IMG/VR virus record: IMGVR_UViG_3300014876_000008
Location: 1-37,573 of that record
DNA from: a virus
Taxonomy: Duplodnaviria; Caudoviricetes
Length of the DNA: 37,573 nt
Direction: 5' to 3' (one strand)
The stretch's first letter is position 1; each line of letters begins with the position of its first letter. Shown piece by piece: positions 8,975 to 19,400 of this stretch. The position numbers and the translations under genes were made by a program. Under the pieces are notes generated by a model that ran no database searches, was not told where the DNA came from, and saw only the letters and a program-made list of their open reading frames with translations.

Positions 8975-9543
8975 TGACCATCGAGAGCATCGTTAATCAA
9001 GCACTCGATCAGATCGGGTATGCGCGGCACGTTGGGAACATTATGGAGGGGTCGCAGGCGGCGCGGGTCGCGTTGGACCTGTGGGGGCAAACCCGCGACA
9101 GCCTTCTCGCGAGCATGGAACCGGATTGGGCGCGGAAAGATGCCAAGCTTTCTGTTCTCAAATCGGCCCCGAACATCGTCGGCCCGACCGCGCAGTATGA
9201 CCTCATCCCGTGGTCCGACATATATCCACCCCTGCCGTGGCTTTACGAATATTCCACCCCAACCGATCTCGTAAAGCCCCTTCAGATTAAACCGTCCCAA
9301 GCATTCATCCCGGTGTGGCGTCCGCGCGCCCAGCCTTACCGTTACATAATCGACGCCACGGCCGGGACGTGCCTATCTAACACGCCCGACGCCATCCTCA
9401 CATACATCTATCAAGTCCTCGACCCGGACTTGTGGCACGAGGATTTTCGGGATGGGATGGTTCAAATGCTGGCGCAGAAGATGCAGGCTGCATTTGCGAA
9501 GGGCGCGCCGATGAAAGAGAGGGAAGATGCCGACGCTTCCTGA
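8974..9543 (+). CDS. tail tubular protein A/adaptor-like, paralog 2
   Basis: SIVNQALDQIG, RDSLL....DWARK, WLYEYSTP.D, LTY....DPDLW...F...MVQMLA. Confidence 0.7.
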   Translation: MTIESIVNQALDQIGYARHVGNIMEGSQAARVALDLWGQTRDSLLASMEPDWARKDAKLSVLKSAPNIVGPTAQYDLIPWSDIYPPLPWLYEYSTPTDLVKPLQIKPSQAFIPVWRPRAQPYRYIIDATAGTCLSNTPDAILTYIYQVLDPDLWHEDFRDGMVQMLAQKMQAAFAKGAPMKEREDADAS

Positions 9544-10336
9544 GGACGTAGTGAACCGGGCGCTTGATGAATGTAGCGTAGAGGCTATCGGGGATTTGAC
9601 TGAGGGGTCCAAGGCGGCGCGGGCGGCGGTGCGTATCTACGTTCCAACCCTCCGTCAGTTATTGTCCGCCGCTCACTGGAACTTCGCACGCAAGCAAAAC
9701 TCGCTCGTTCTTATGGCCGATGTTTCCGGCGTTTACATCTCCAACGTAGATGTGCCGTCGCCGTGGTGCTATATGTACGAGTGGCCGGTTGACTGTGTAC
9801 ATGCGCGGTTCGTTCCGGCGACCTACGGCGCGAACGTGGATGCAGACGGAAACTTGATCAACAATATCTTGGCGTGGGCCTCGCCGACACCTTTCCTCGT
9901 CACCTCTGCAAACCGTGTCAATCCGCCCGACAGCAATTGGTACCTTATCGAGGGACACGACCCGGAACAGACCCGTGTGATCCTGAGCAACCAGATCGGG
10001 GCGGCGCTGGTTTACACAGGAATGATGCAGTACCCGGACGCCTGGGACCCACTGTTTGAGCAGGCGATGGTATCGGTGCTCGCGGCGCGGCTCGCGATGC
10101 CGTTGATCGAAGATAAGAAATTGGCGCGGACCGTGCGTTCAGATAATGTGCAGTTGGCGCGGGAGGCTATCGCGCAGGCACGTATCCGTGACGGGAACGA
10201 AGGATGGACAGTACAGAATCATACACCGGACTGGATTAGGGCGCGTACGAGTGGTGCCGGCTGGGATTTTGGAGGAATGTTCTACAACTCATGGTCAGCC
10301 ATGCCGTTTATTGAGGACGCAGGCGGCGTTTATTGA
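9527..10336 (+). CDS. tail tubular protein A/adaptor-like, paralog 3
   Basis: DVVNRALD, Y...LRQLL....WNFARK, W.YMYEWP.DC, LVYT......WDPLF..AMV..LAARLA.PL, PDWIRAR. Confidence 0.85.
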   Translation: MPTLPEDVVNRALDECSVEAIGDLTEGSKAARAAVRIYVPTLRQLLSAAHWNFARKQNSLVLMADVSGVYISNVDVPSPWCYMYEWPVDCVHARFVPATYGANVDADGNLINNILAWASPTPFLVTSANRVNPPDSNWYLIEGHDPEQTRVILSNQIGAALVYTGMMQYPDAWDPLFEQAMVSVLAARLAMPLIEDKKLARTVRSDNVQLAREAIAQARIRDGNEGWTVQNHTPDWIRARTSGAGWDFGGMFYNSWSAMPFIEDAGGVY

Positions 10337-12981
10337 TGGTTGACAATCTCGCGCCCGTTTCCTTAATTCAGAACTCGCTCGCGAGCGGCGAGCTTGCGCC
10401 CGGGCTGTGGGGTCGGATGGATGTATCTAAGGTGCATCAGGGCGCGGTTGTCATGCGGAACTTCTTCGTGGATTACAAGGGAGGTGCCTCGACGCGGCCC
10501 GGTACGCAGTATATAGGGCAACCGGGCACAATTGGCTACGCGCGATTGATCCCGTTTCAGTTTTCGGCCGCGATTGGCCAGACTTACATGCTCGTGTTTT
10601 CCAATCTCCGTTTGCGTTTCATCAAGAACCCCGGCGGATTCGCCTATCCTAACTCTTCCAACGCTGGGTTCATTCTTAGTGTGGGCGTCCCGTATGAGAT
10701 CGCCACGCCGTATCTCGAGGCCGATTTGCCCTTTCTCAAGGTGAGTCAAGTCGCAGACCAGATGACGATCACGCGGCACGGTTATGCCCGGCGCGTGCTG
10801 TCGCGGATCGCAGACACCAACTGGACGTTAACAGTCAGCACGCCAAGTAACGGCCCGGCCGCGCCGACAATCAGTTCCATCACGTCGTCAGCCATCATCG
10901 CGCCCGACCCCGGTGACACTCGTTATATGTACGTCGTCACCGCCGTTGACTCGAGTGGCAATGAGAGCCTTCCAAGCACTCCGTTCATCTCCGGCGCGGC
11001 GTTGAACTTGGCACTGAGCCAGGGCACCGTGACGGTGTTTTGGGGGCCGGTAACGAACGCTATGTACTACCGCGTCTACAAAGCTCTTCCCACGTCGGGC
11101 GCACGGGTTCCATCTCTCGCTGAGCAAGTCGGATTTGCAGGATACACCTATGGCACATCGTTCGCGGATAACAACATCATCCCCGACTTCACACTGTCGC
11201 CGCCGAGCGCAAACAATCCTTTCGCGAACTCAAAAATCACTGGATACACGATCACCGCGTCGTCGGCGGATTGGCCGGTCGGCGGAACGACGATTACGGT
11301 CACTGATGGAACAGGAACCGGCGCAGTTATTTATCCCATCCTCAGTAACAATATCGCGGCCGGCGTTGGTTCGATTACGGGCCTTTACATCAAGGACGCC
11401 GGGTCCGGTTACACGGCTCCAACTCTTACTGCGGTTGGCGCAGGCGGAACGGTTTTCACTGCTACGGCGACTCTCGGCGCGGCAACGGGTAACGATCCTG
11501 ACGTAGTTGGCCTCTTCCAGCAGCGTCAAATTTTCGCGTCCACTACCAACAACCCCTTGAGTATCTTTTCGTCCCGGCCGAGTTCCTTCAACGACTTTCG
11601 CACTTCCAACCCGCCCGTGGACAACGACGCCTACACATTCACCCTCGCCTCTCAGCAGATAAACGACATTGTGTGGCTGCAAAGTATGCCGGGCGGCCTT
11701 GTGGTAGCGTCGAACTCTGGTATTGTGCAGCTTTCGGGCGGCTCGACTAGCGCCACAAACCCGGCCGCCGTCACGCCATCTTCGGCCGTGGTCGTCCCGC
11801 AGTCCTTTTACGGCGCGGCCGACCTCCATCCGATCGTAATTGACTACGACATTCTGTACGTACAAAGTGAAGGGTCGGTCGTTCGTGATCTTCAGTACAA
11901 TTTCTTCGTAAACATCTACACGGGCACTGATGTAACCATTCTTTCATCTCACCTGTTCTACCCGTTGACAATCCGCGATTGGGCCTATCAAGACACGCCC
12001 TTTAAAGTTATTTGGGCTGTACGGGACGACGGGGTGTTGTTGAGCTTAACATGGCTGAAAGCGCAAGAGATAGCGGGGTGGGCGCGCCACGATACTAACG
12101 GGATTGTTGAGGCGGTATCGGTTGTTAGAGAGGGGCCGGAGGACGCGGTTTACCTGTCGGTGAACCGGGGCGGGAACCGGTTTATTGAGAGGATGGCGGA
12201 CCGGATTTATTATCAGATTGATGACGCATGGTGTCTGGACGCGGCGTTGTCCACAACGAGCACTTATCCGGCCGCCGACATAACGCTTAGTGGCTCCGTC
12301 GGTAATGTCACGATTACGGCGGATGCGGCGGTGTTTGCGGCCGGCTCGGTAGGCCGTGTGATCCGGGCCGTTGGGGCCAAGGCCACGATAACACAGTTCC
12401 TCTCCACAACCCAAGTCAACGCCACGGTCGATCCTGACTATCCCTTCATCGGGATCAGTCTTGTCGAGGGGTCGTGGCGAATGGACCCGGTCGTGAGTAC
12501 GGTCACAGGGCTCGCGCACCTAAACACTAATACTGTGTGGGCGCTCGCCGACGGTGTTGTGCAGGGGCCATTTACCGTCGTGGCCGGTGCGATCACTCTT
12601 ACAACTCCCGCATCCCAAGTTGTCGTCGGCCTCCTCTACCAATGCCAAGTCCAGCCGATTTATCTTGATATTGAGGGGCAGACCAGTATACAAGGACGAC
12701 TGAAAAAAGATGTAGCCGCGACGTTGCGGGTCAAGGATACGGCACGTATTAAATTGGGCACCTCGTTTGAAACAGTTCGAGAATGGATACCGGGCGTGTC
12801 TTCTACAGACACTCCTGAAAATCTCCCCGGCAACGGTACTGGTATGCTACTTGGGGATATTCGTGCTTTTGTCGATCCTGATTTCAACCGTCTAGGTACT
12901 GTTTGTGTGCAACAAGACTTTCCGTTGCCGTGCACGTTGCTGGCCTTGGTACCGGAGTATGTGCAAGGGGATACGCGATGA
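10336..12981 (+). CDS. tail tubular protein B (nozzle)
   Basis: QNS...GELAP.L.GR.D, NF.V...GG...RPGT, RLIPFQFS, FQQR, WAYQ..P..VIW.VR.DG.L..LT....QEI.GW.RH, QD.PLP.TLL. Confidence 0.9.
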   Translation: MVDNLAPVSLIQNSLASGELAPGLWGRMDVSKVHQGAVVMRNFFVDYKGGASTRPGTQYIGQPGTIGYARLIPFQFSAAIGQTYMLVFSNLRLRFIKNPGGFAYPNSSNAGFILSVGVPYEIATPYLEADLPFLKVSQVADQMTITRHGYARRVLSRIADTNWTLTVSTPSNGPAAPTISSITSSAIIAPDPGDTRYMYVVTAVDSSGNESLPSTPFISGAALNLALSQGTVTVFWGPVTNAMYYRVYKALPTSGARVPSLAEQVGFAGYTYGTSFADNNIIPDFTLSPPSANNPFANSKITGYTITASSADWPVGGTTITVTDGTGTGAVIYPILSNNIAAGVGSITGLYIKDAGSGYTAPTLTAVGAGGTVFTATATLGAATGNDPDVVGLFQQRQIFASTTNNPLSIFSSRPSSFNDFRTSNPPVDNDAYTFTLASQQINDIVWLQSMPGGLVVASNSGIVQLSGGSTSATNPAAVTPSSAVVVPQSFYGAADLHPIVIDYDILYVQSEGSVVRDLQYNFFVNIYTGTDVTILSSHLFYPLTIRDWAYQDTPFKVIWAVRDDGVLLSLTWLKAQEIAGWARHDTNGIVEAVSVVREGPEDAVYLSVNRGGNRFIERMADRIYYQIDDAWCLDAALSTTSTYPAADITLSGSVGNVTITADAAVFAAGSVGRVIRAVGAKATITQFLSTTQVNATVDPDYPFIGISLVEGSWRMDPVVSTVTGLAHLNTNTVWALADGVVQGPFTVVAGAITLTTPASQVVVGLLYQCQVQPIYLDIEGQTSIQGRLKKDVAATLRVKDTARIKLGTSFETVREWIPGVSSTDTPENLPGNGTGMLLGDIRAFVDPDFNRLGTVCVQQDFPLPCTLLALVPEYVQGDTR

Positions 12982-13415
12982 GGGTGGAAATTGTGCCGGC
13001 GCGGTACGAACACATACACTATCTCGTGAAGCATTTGCGGGATGAAGAACGGGCTATCTGCGAGAAGATGTACGGGGACCAGTTCTTTGGAACGGTTTTG
13101 AAAGAGGTGGACGATAGTATGCTGGCGTGGGCCGCGCTGGCCGATGGAGAGTGCGCCGCGCTGTGGGGCGTGAAGACACACAAGATACTTTCGGATGAGG
13201 GGATGTTGTGGATGATTGGGACTGATCTGATCGACAAACATCCTATTACCTTTCTTCGACACTCCCGGCGCCAGGTTCAGTCTCTTCGCGCCACGTTCAA
13301 GACCATTTACGGTTGCGTGTTGACTGAGTACTCGACGAGCCGGCGCTGGCTTGAGTGGTTGGGGTTCGAGATTGGTCCGGACCAGGGCGGTATCTGCTAT
13401 TGTAGGCTGAACTGA
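12978..13415 (+). CDS. internal virion protein A-like (acetyltransferase-like fold)
   Basis: ATGA overlap; LRDEERA.C, WMIGTD.I......F.R.SR, V......SRRWLEWLGF as in T7 gp13-like proteins; position after nozzle. Confidence 0.75.
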   Translation: MRVEIVPARYEHIHYLVKHLRDEERAICEKMYGDQFFGTVLKEVDDSMLAWAALADGECAALWGVKTHKILSDEGMLWMIGTDLIDKHPITFLRHSRRQVQSLRATFKTIYGCVLTEYSTSRRWLEWLGFEIGPDQGGICYCRLN

Positions 13416-13966
13416 TGGGTATTGAAACACTCGCTATCGCGTCCCTCGCCGGGAGTCTTATCTCCGGTGGGGTGGGTTTTATGGGGGCAATGCAGCAGGG
13501 CGAAGCTGCGTCCGGGGCGGCGAAGTACCAAGCACAGGTGTCGCGGAATAATGAGATAACGGCGCGGAATAACGCGGCCTATGCGGCACAGTCGGGGGCG
13601 GTACGGGCGCAAAATCAAGACTTGAAGAACCGGGCCGCGCTCGGTGCGCTGGAGGCTTCGCAAAGCGCGTCGGGAATTGATATTGATAGTGGGTCGAGTG
13701 AAGATGTGCGGGCCGGGGCGCGAAACATTGCCCGGCTCGATACCGAGACTCTTTACAACAACGCTCTCCTTCAAGTGCGGGCCGCGCAGAGTCAAGGGGT
13801 TAACTTTGGGGCGCAGGCCGGGCTTGAGGAATTGGAGGGACGGAACGCTAAGAGCGCGGCGATGACGAAGGGGTTTGGGAGTTTGCTTGGCGGGGCGACA
13901 AGTTTTGGAGATAAGTGGTTGAGGTATCAAAACGTTGGCGTGCCTGGATTTGGGAGTGTGCTGTAG
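13415..13966 (+). CDS. internal virion (ejection) protein B-like
   Basis: Gly/Ala hydrophobic N-terminus, Ala/Gln-rich helix, ASGIDIDSGS motif; T7 gp14-like position. Confidence 0.8.
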   Translation: MGIETLAIASLAGSLISGGVGFMGAMQQGEAASGAAKYQAQVSRNNEITARNNAAYAAQSGAVRAQNQDLKNRAALGALEASQSASGIDIDSGSSEDVRAGARNIARLDTETLYNNALLQVRAAQSQGVNFGAQAGLEELEGRNAKSAAMTKGFGSLLGGATSFGDKWLRYQNVGVPGFGSVL

Positions 13967-16425
13967 TGCCGACGATCAACTTCAATCCGACCGCGCCGGC
14001 CGAGACCGCGCCGGGCGGCTTCCAGACCATCCGCGCGACGCCGCAAGCCTTCGGCGCGCCACAAGGAGCGGCCCTCGAGAACCTCGGCCAGCGGTTTGAG
14101 CAGGCCGGCGACGCCCTTCAAAACATCGTTGTGCAACGGCAACAGCTCTTCAACCAAGTGGCAGTGGATGAAGCTTCTCTCAAGTGGCGAGAGGGTGTTG
14201 AGAGGTTGATGTACGGCGACCCGAACAACCCGGCTGACGTGGGGTTTAATGGGCTGAAGGGCCGGGCCGCGATGGACGCCTACCCTAACGTTCGGAAGCG
14301 GTTCGATGAGTTGGCGAAAGAGCATCGGGGCGTGCTCCAAAACCCCGTTCAGCAGTCCATGTTCGATCGCGCCAACGCTCAGTCGCGGTTGTTCACTATC
14401 AACGAGATGGGACGGAAATACGATAGCTCGAATAATGAGTGGACTAAGAGTGTTTATGTGGGGCAAGAGAAGTTGGCCTCGCAAGATATGGCAAAGGCCG
14501 CGGCTGCCGGCGACGATAACGCACTGCAAAAGGCGATTAGTGAACGGATCGCAGCCGTTACGAAACTCGGCGTGTTTTCGGGCCTTGACGAGACTATGAC
14601 GAAGGCCAAGATTAACGAGATTACGGCCGAAGCGGTAGAAATGAAATTTGAGGGGATGGTTGTTGATGACCCGGTGCGGGCTAAGCAGTTTTTGGATAAC
14701 AATGCGGACAAGTTGCCGCCGGATAAACGGATACAGTTGAATGGTCGGGTGGAAGCGCGGGCGCGGGAACAAAAGGCGCAGGATTGGGCAGACGGTAAGC
14801 CGGTCGGTGGCGGGCTGGTACGAGGCGGCGCCATAAAGCCTGCGGACCATTATGGTTTTCTCACTTCAATTGGCGCATCTCCAAACGAGGCGGCGTTGCT
14901 CACAAGTGCTGCCGGCGCGGAGTCTGGATTTGTGCCGACAAGCACACACGATGCTGACATATTGGCCAAGCGAGGCCAATCCCCCGGTTATGGTTTGTAT
15001 GGACATAATGCTGAGCGGCTTGCCGCGATGCGTAAAGAATACGGACCTAATCCTACGTGGGAACAACAGGCACAATTTGCGCTTAAAGAGTTGCGGAGTA
15101 GGCCGGAAGGCGCACGTGTGAATACGGCGAAAACGCCAGAAGAATTGACCGAATTGCAATTCGAGTTTGAGCGGCCGAAACGCGGGCCGGGGGATCAGAC
15201 TGCAATACGGCTCGCGACAACACGCGAGTATATGCAAAACCCTCCGGCAGGTGAGGAAAATAAAATTTCAATTGCTGGGGCTGGGCCGGACGCGCCAACA
15301 TATCGTCTTACACAAGAGCAAGCCAGACAGTATTACGCCATCAAGGATTTTAAGGCGCAGCAAGATTTTCTGAAAAGTACAACTGTGGCGGATACCGTCG
15401 TCACTCCGCCGCCGCTCGCAGATGGGGAAGCCCCCGACGATCAAATTCCCGGTCTCTCGAAAGAGATTGAACGGGTGCTTAAGGACCCGGAGGCAAAACG
15501 TGATCCGCTGGCGGCAAAGGCCGCGATCAGCATTCTCCGGCAACGGGCCAATGATGCGTGGTCCGGGCAACAGCGCCAGCGGATGCTGCAAGAACAGGCT
15601 GTACAAGCGCAGGACAAAGCGATTACGGACGAGTATTTGAAACGGATGACGAGTGCTTCGCCGAACTATCCGACGCTGGACGAAGTGAAGATTGACCAGC
15701 GGCTGAGCGTTCCAGCGAAGCAGAATATGATCGGCCTTCTTCGCTCGGACACGCGGCCGGAGACGGATGCTTCGCGGTCCGCCTCGGTGCAGCAGCAGAT
15801 GTTTGCGCGGATGATGCCGGACTACGCCGGGCCGGACCGCATATTGAGCACGCGCGATATTGATAAGGCGCGGGCTAATAAGGAGTTGACGGACAGTGAT
15901 TGGCGGTCGTTGAGGAAGGACTTTGAGAATTTGTATGATCCAAACAGTCCGTCGCAAGTTAGAAAGGTTGAAAGAGTGTTTAAAGGAATTGAAGCTAAGT
16001 TGGTGCCGGGCGTTGGGACTATGGGCCGTGGTATGGCTTATGAAATGGATGAAGGGGCCGGCGCGCGCGTACAACGGTGGCGTGAAGGTGCAAAGGCCAA
16101 GATACACGAGTATCTCGATACCGGCAAAGATACGTCCATCCTCTTCCAGCCCGGCACGCCCGACAAGCCCAACCCTGAATACATTGGCGGGGATGCCTTT
16201 GTATCGGAGTATCAAGAGAAACCGAGCGAGCGAATGCAAGATAAGAAACCGCTGGCCGGCCCGCGTGGCACAGCGCAAGCCTTGAAACAGATCGAGGCGG
16301 CTACGTCGCCGGCCGAGCTCAACGCTGTGGTCCAACAGTTCCCGTTGTTGCTCGATGCCGCGCGCGCACAAGCGATAACTAAAGGTTGGGCGCGTCCCAC
16401 ACGCGAAGTACCGATGGCCCGATAA
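13966..16425 (+). CDS. internal virion (ejection) protein with embedded phage-tail-lysozyme-like domain
   Basis: GTG13966 overlaps the upstream stop; helical protein with central AA......AESGF.P...GYGLYGH..ERL...EQQ..F..KEL...FERP segment. Confidence 0.75.
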   Translation: MPTINFNPTAPAETAPGGFQTIRATPQAFGAPQGAALENLGQRFEQAGDALQNIVVQRQQLFNQVAVDEASLKWREGVERLMYGDPNNPADVGFNGLKGRAAMDAYPNVRKRFDELAKEHRGVLQNPVQQSMFDRANAQSRLFTINEMGRKYDSSNNEWTKSVYVGQEKLASQDMAKAAAAGDDNALQKAISERIAAVTKLGVFSGLDETMTKAKINEITAEAVEMKFEGMVVDDPVRAKQFLDNNADKLPPDKRIQLNGRVEARAREQKAQDWADGKPVGGGLVRGGAIKPADHYGFLTSIGASPNEAALLTSAAGAESGFVPTSTHDADILAKRGQSPGYGLYGHNAERLAAMRKEYGPNPTWEQQAQFALKELRSRPEGARVNTAKTPEELTELQFEFERPKRGPGDQTAIRLATTREYMQNPPAGEENKISIAGAGPDAPTYRLTQEQARQYYAIKDFKAQQDFLKSTTVADTVVTPPPLADGEAPDDQIPGLSKEIERVLKDPEAKRDPLAAKAAISILRQRANDAWSGQQRQRMLQEQAVQAQDKAITDEYLKRMTSASPNYPTLDEVKIDQRLSVPAKQNMIGLLRSDTRPETDASRSASVQQQMFARMMPDYAGPDRILSTRDIDKARANKELTDSDWRSLRKDFENLYDPNSPSQVRKVERVFKGIEAKLVPGVGTMGRGMAYEMDEGAGARVQRWREGAKAKIHEYLDTGKDTSILFQPGTPDKPNPEYIGGDAFVSEYQEKPSERMQDKKPLAGPRGTAQALKQIEAATSPAELNAVVQQFPLLLDAARAQAITKGWARPTREVPMAR

Positions 16426-19400
16426 TGTCTGATCTCGTACCCGTTGACGAACTCATACCGGCCCCGCCGATTCCGGAAGTAGACGTACTCATTCCTAAGC
16501 CGCAAGTCGGACAGTATCACACGTTCGACGGGCGGGTTATGGATGAGGAGTTTGCGCGCGGGCGGAAGGGCGCGATACTGGATGCGTTTGGAGTGGGGGC
16601 TAAACAAGGGTGGGGCCACCGACCGCTTGGTGACACGCAGGCGTTTGAAAAGGATGAGGTGAAGGTTCCGGGCTGGATTGAACAGACGCGGAAGTTGGGA
16701 CTGTTTAATGAGTGGGATAAACATGAGGCAAAGTGGTGGAAGACTGCGAATGAGATACTGTTTAGGGGGGCGGCGACGGCGGTTGATTTAGCGTTCCGCG
16801 CGCCGATGGCGTTAGGGTATGGTGGGCTTAATACGCTTGTGGAGGGAAGGGCGATACCGAGGGACGTGGCGGGAATGATCGAGGCGTTCCCGGCCGGCCG
16901 GGCTACGGGGCTGCCGACGCGGGGCGTGCCGAATACGACTGGCGTTTTGTTTCAGGGCGGGCGACGCGGGCAGCTTGCTGCGGAAGTACAGGGGCTCGAA
17001 CAGGCCCGAAACCTTACTGTGGAACTGCAGGATGCGAGAAGGTTAGGGCTGTTAGGAGAGGGGACGCAAGCGGAAGCTCGGGTGGCATTTGCGCCGGAAG
17101 GGGTTGAGAGCGCGACGGAGCGGGTTGTGCGCGGACCGGAACCTGTTCCTGTAGTTGAGCCTGAGCCTGCGGCTGTTGTGCCAACTGATGTGCACGGGCT
17201 TGCAAGGATGATTGCCCCGGACACGTTTAAGGTCTGGGACGAACTTACCGAACGTAGGGACGCGCTGACACAATGGATTGATGAACAGCGGGCGCTGCGG
17301 GACGCGCCGGCGCAAGCGCGAATTGACGATATACTCGGGAAGGTGAATGGGGTTGAGGCGCGGCTGACGAACCGGGCGGCGACACGGCTGGAACTGGCTC
17401 GGCGAGAATTGGAGGAGATACAGGCGGTTGATACGCCCGCGATGGCGGCGGCGCGTCTGGCTCGTCAAGACCTCGACTTCGAAATGCGTGACCTCGCGCC
17501 GACGGTTGCGGAGGCGACGAGAGAAGCGCAGCGGCAGATGCCCGTGCCGGAGGTTGAAACGGGCCTTGCCCCGGCCCGTGATCCTGTTGTCGTGCCGATT
17601 ACGCAAGCGCTCGACGCGGAATTGCGCGCGCAGGGCTGGATGGCTGAGGCCATTGAGCAGATGGGGCCAGCTGAGAAACAGTTGGCTGTAGAACAGGGGC
17701 GGGCGGCGGCGATAGAACTTGGCGAAGCGCCAGCGCGACAGATTGTCGAACTGTCGCAGCGCCGCCCGACGATAGCTCGAGAAGTTGAGAATCAACTCGT
17801 CGCGGCGGGCCGCCCCCGAGAAGAAGCTGTTGCACACGCCGCAATCGTCCAAGCACATTATGAGGCACGCGCAGCACGTTTCCAAGGGGCGCTCGGACGG
17901 GCGCGTGATCTGTACGAGCGTGAAGGGCCGACGGTTGTAGGGGCTGAAAGTGCGGCGCGGCGCGGCGGGTTTAACCTCGCGCGTAACGAGATTGGTCTGT
18001 TCCGTACCGCAGATGCTTCGACTTTTATGCACGAGTCAGCGCACTCGTGGCTTGAAGAGATGAAGCGGGACGCGCTGCACGAGGCCGCGCCGGCCAGTCT
18101 CAAGGCTGATCTGCAAACTGTTAAGGAATGGCTCGGGGCCGAGGACACCTTCACGCGCGCTCAGCACGAAAAGTTCGCGCGCGGGTTTGAACGCTATCTC
18201 ATGGAAGGGCAAGCCCCTTCCTCCCGCTTAGCTAAGGTCTTTGAACAACTCAAGACGTGGCTGACGCAGCTGTACCAGACGGTATCGCGGCTGCGCGCCC
18301 CAATCACCAACGACATTCGAGGCGTTTATGATCGCCTACTTGCCGCCCCGACGAAAGAGCCTGTCATTGTACCGGAGCGGCCGGGCGCGGTTGACTTTGC
18401 AACGCACGCTGAAACGGTTGCACGTGAGACGCCGGCTGTTGATGCTGCTCAAGCAGCGGAGCAACTCCTTGCAGAGCGCGAACGTGTAGCTCAACTTCTT
18501 TCAAGGGTGGTGGATGATGTCAGACGAGAAGCTAAGCGAGGCCCGCAGAGAGTTGTCCTTCCTGAGCGAGAAGGTACTGGAGGAGAACCTGCCAGCCCGC
18601 GAGAGAGCGTTGCTGCGGCAGATGGCACGCTCCGCCCGATCCGAAATCCTCCTACGGGAACGAGCACAGCGCCGCGAACAGCAAGTGAGCCGTTCGGTGC
18701 CGTAGACGGGCCGCTGGTTGACAAGGCCGGAAATATTCGGATTGAGAACTTAAACGTGCCGGAAGATGTCGCGGTGAGTATTCGGGCGGCGGCTGAAGAA
18801 GGAGGGGGATTTGTCGAAGCACGACGAAACGTCCTCCGTGACGACGAAGTGCTCGATCTCGCTGACGATCTTGGAATGTCCCCCAAGCGGCTTGATCGGC
18901 GACGGATCGGAGAGGCATTTAATGCGGAGGAAATCCTTGCGGCCCGGCGCCTGTTGGTGCGCTCTGCCACTGAAGTTCGTGACGCAATGGCTAAAGCCGC
19001 AATTGGGGATGAACAAGGGATCATAGCGTATGCGATCGCGCGTGAGCGGCACTTAATGATACAAGAGCAAGTGGCGGGGATTACGGCTGAGGCCGGCCGG
19101 GCGCTGAGGGCGTTCCGGCAGATTGAGGGGATGACGGATGCGAAATCGCTGACGGATTTTTTTCAAAAGAATATTAGGAAGACGCCGGAGGCACTGCAGA
19201 GAGAAGCGCAGATGGGGCTGAAGCTGGACTCGGCGGGGCAGGTTGGAAAATTTGTGAGGGAGCAGGCTAAGCCGACGTGGAAGGACATGACAGTTGAGGC
19301 GTGGTTAAGTTCGCTTCTATCCGGTCCGTTTACTCACATACGGAACATTGCTGGTAATACTACAGTGGCGCTTAATGCGATCGCGGAGACTGGCGTGGCG

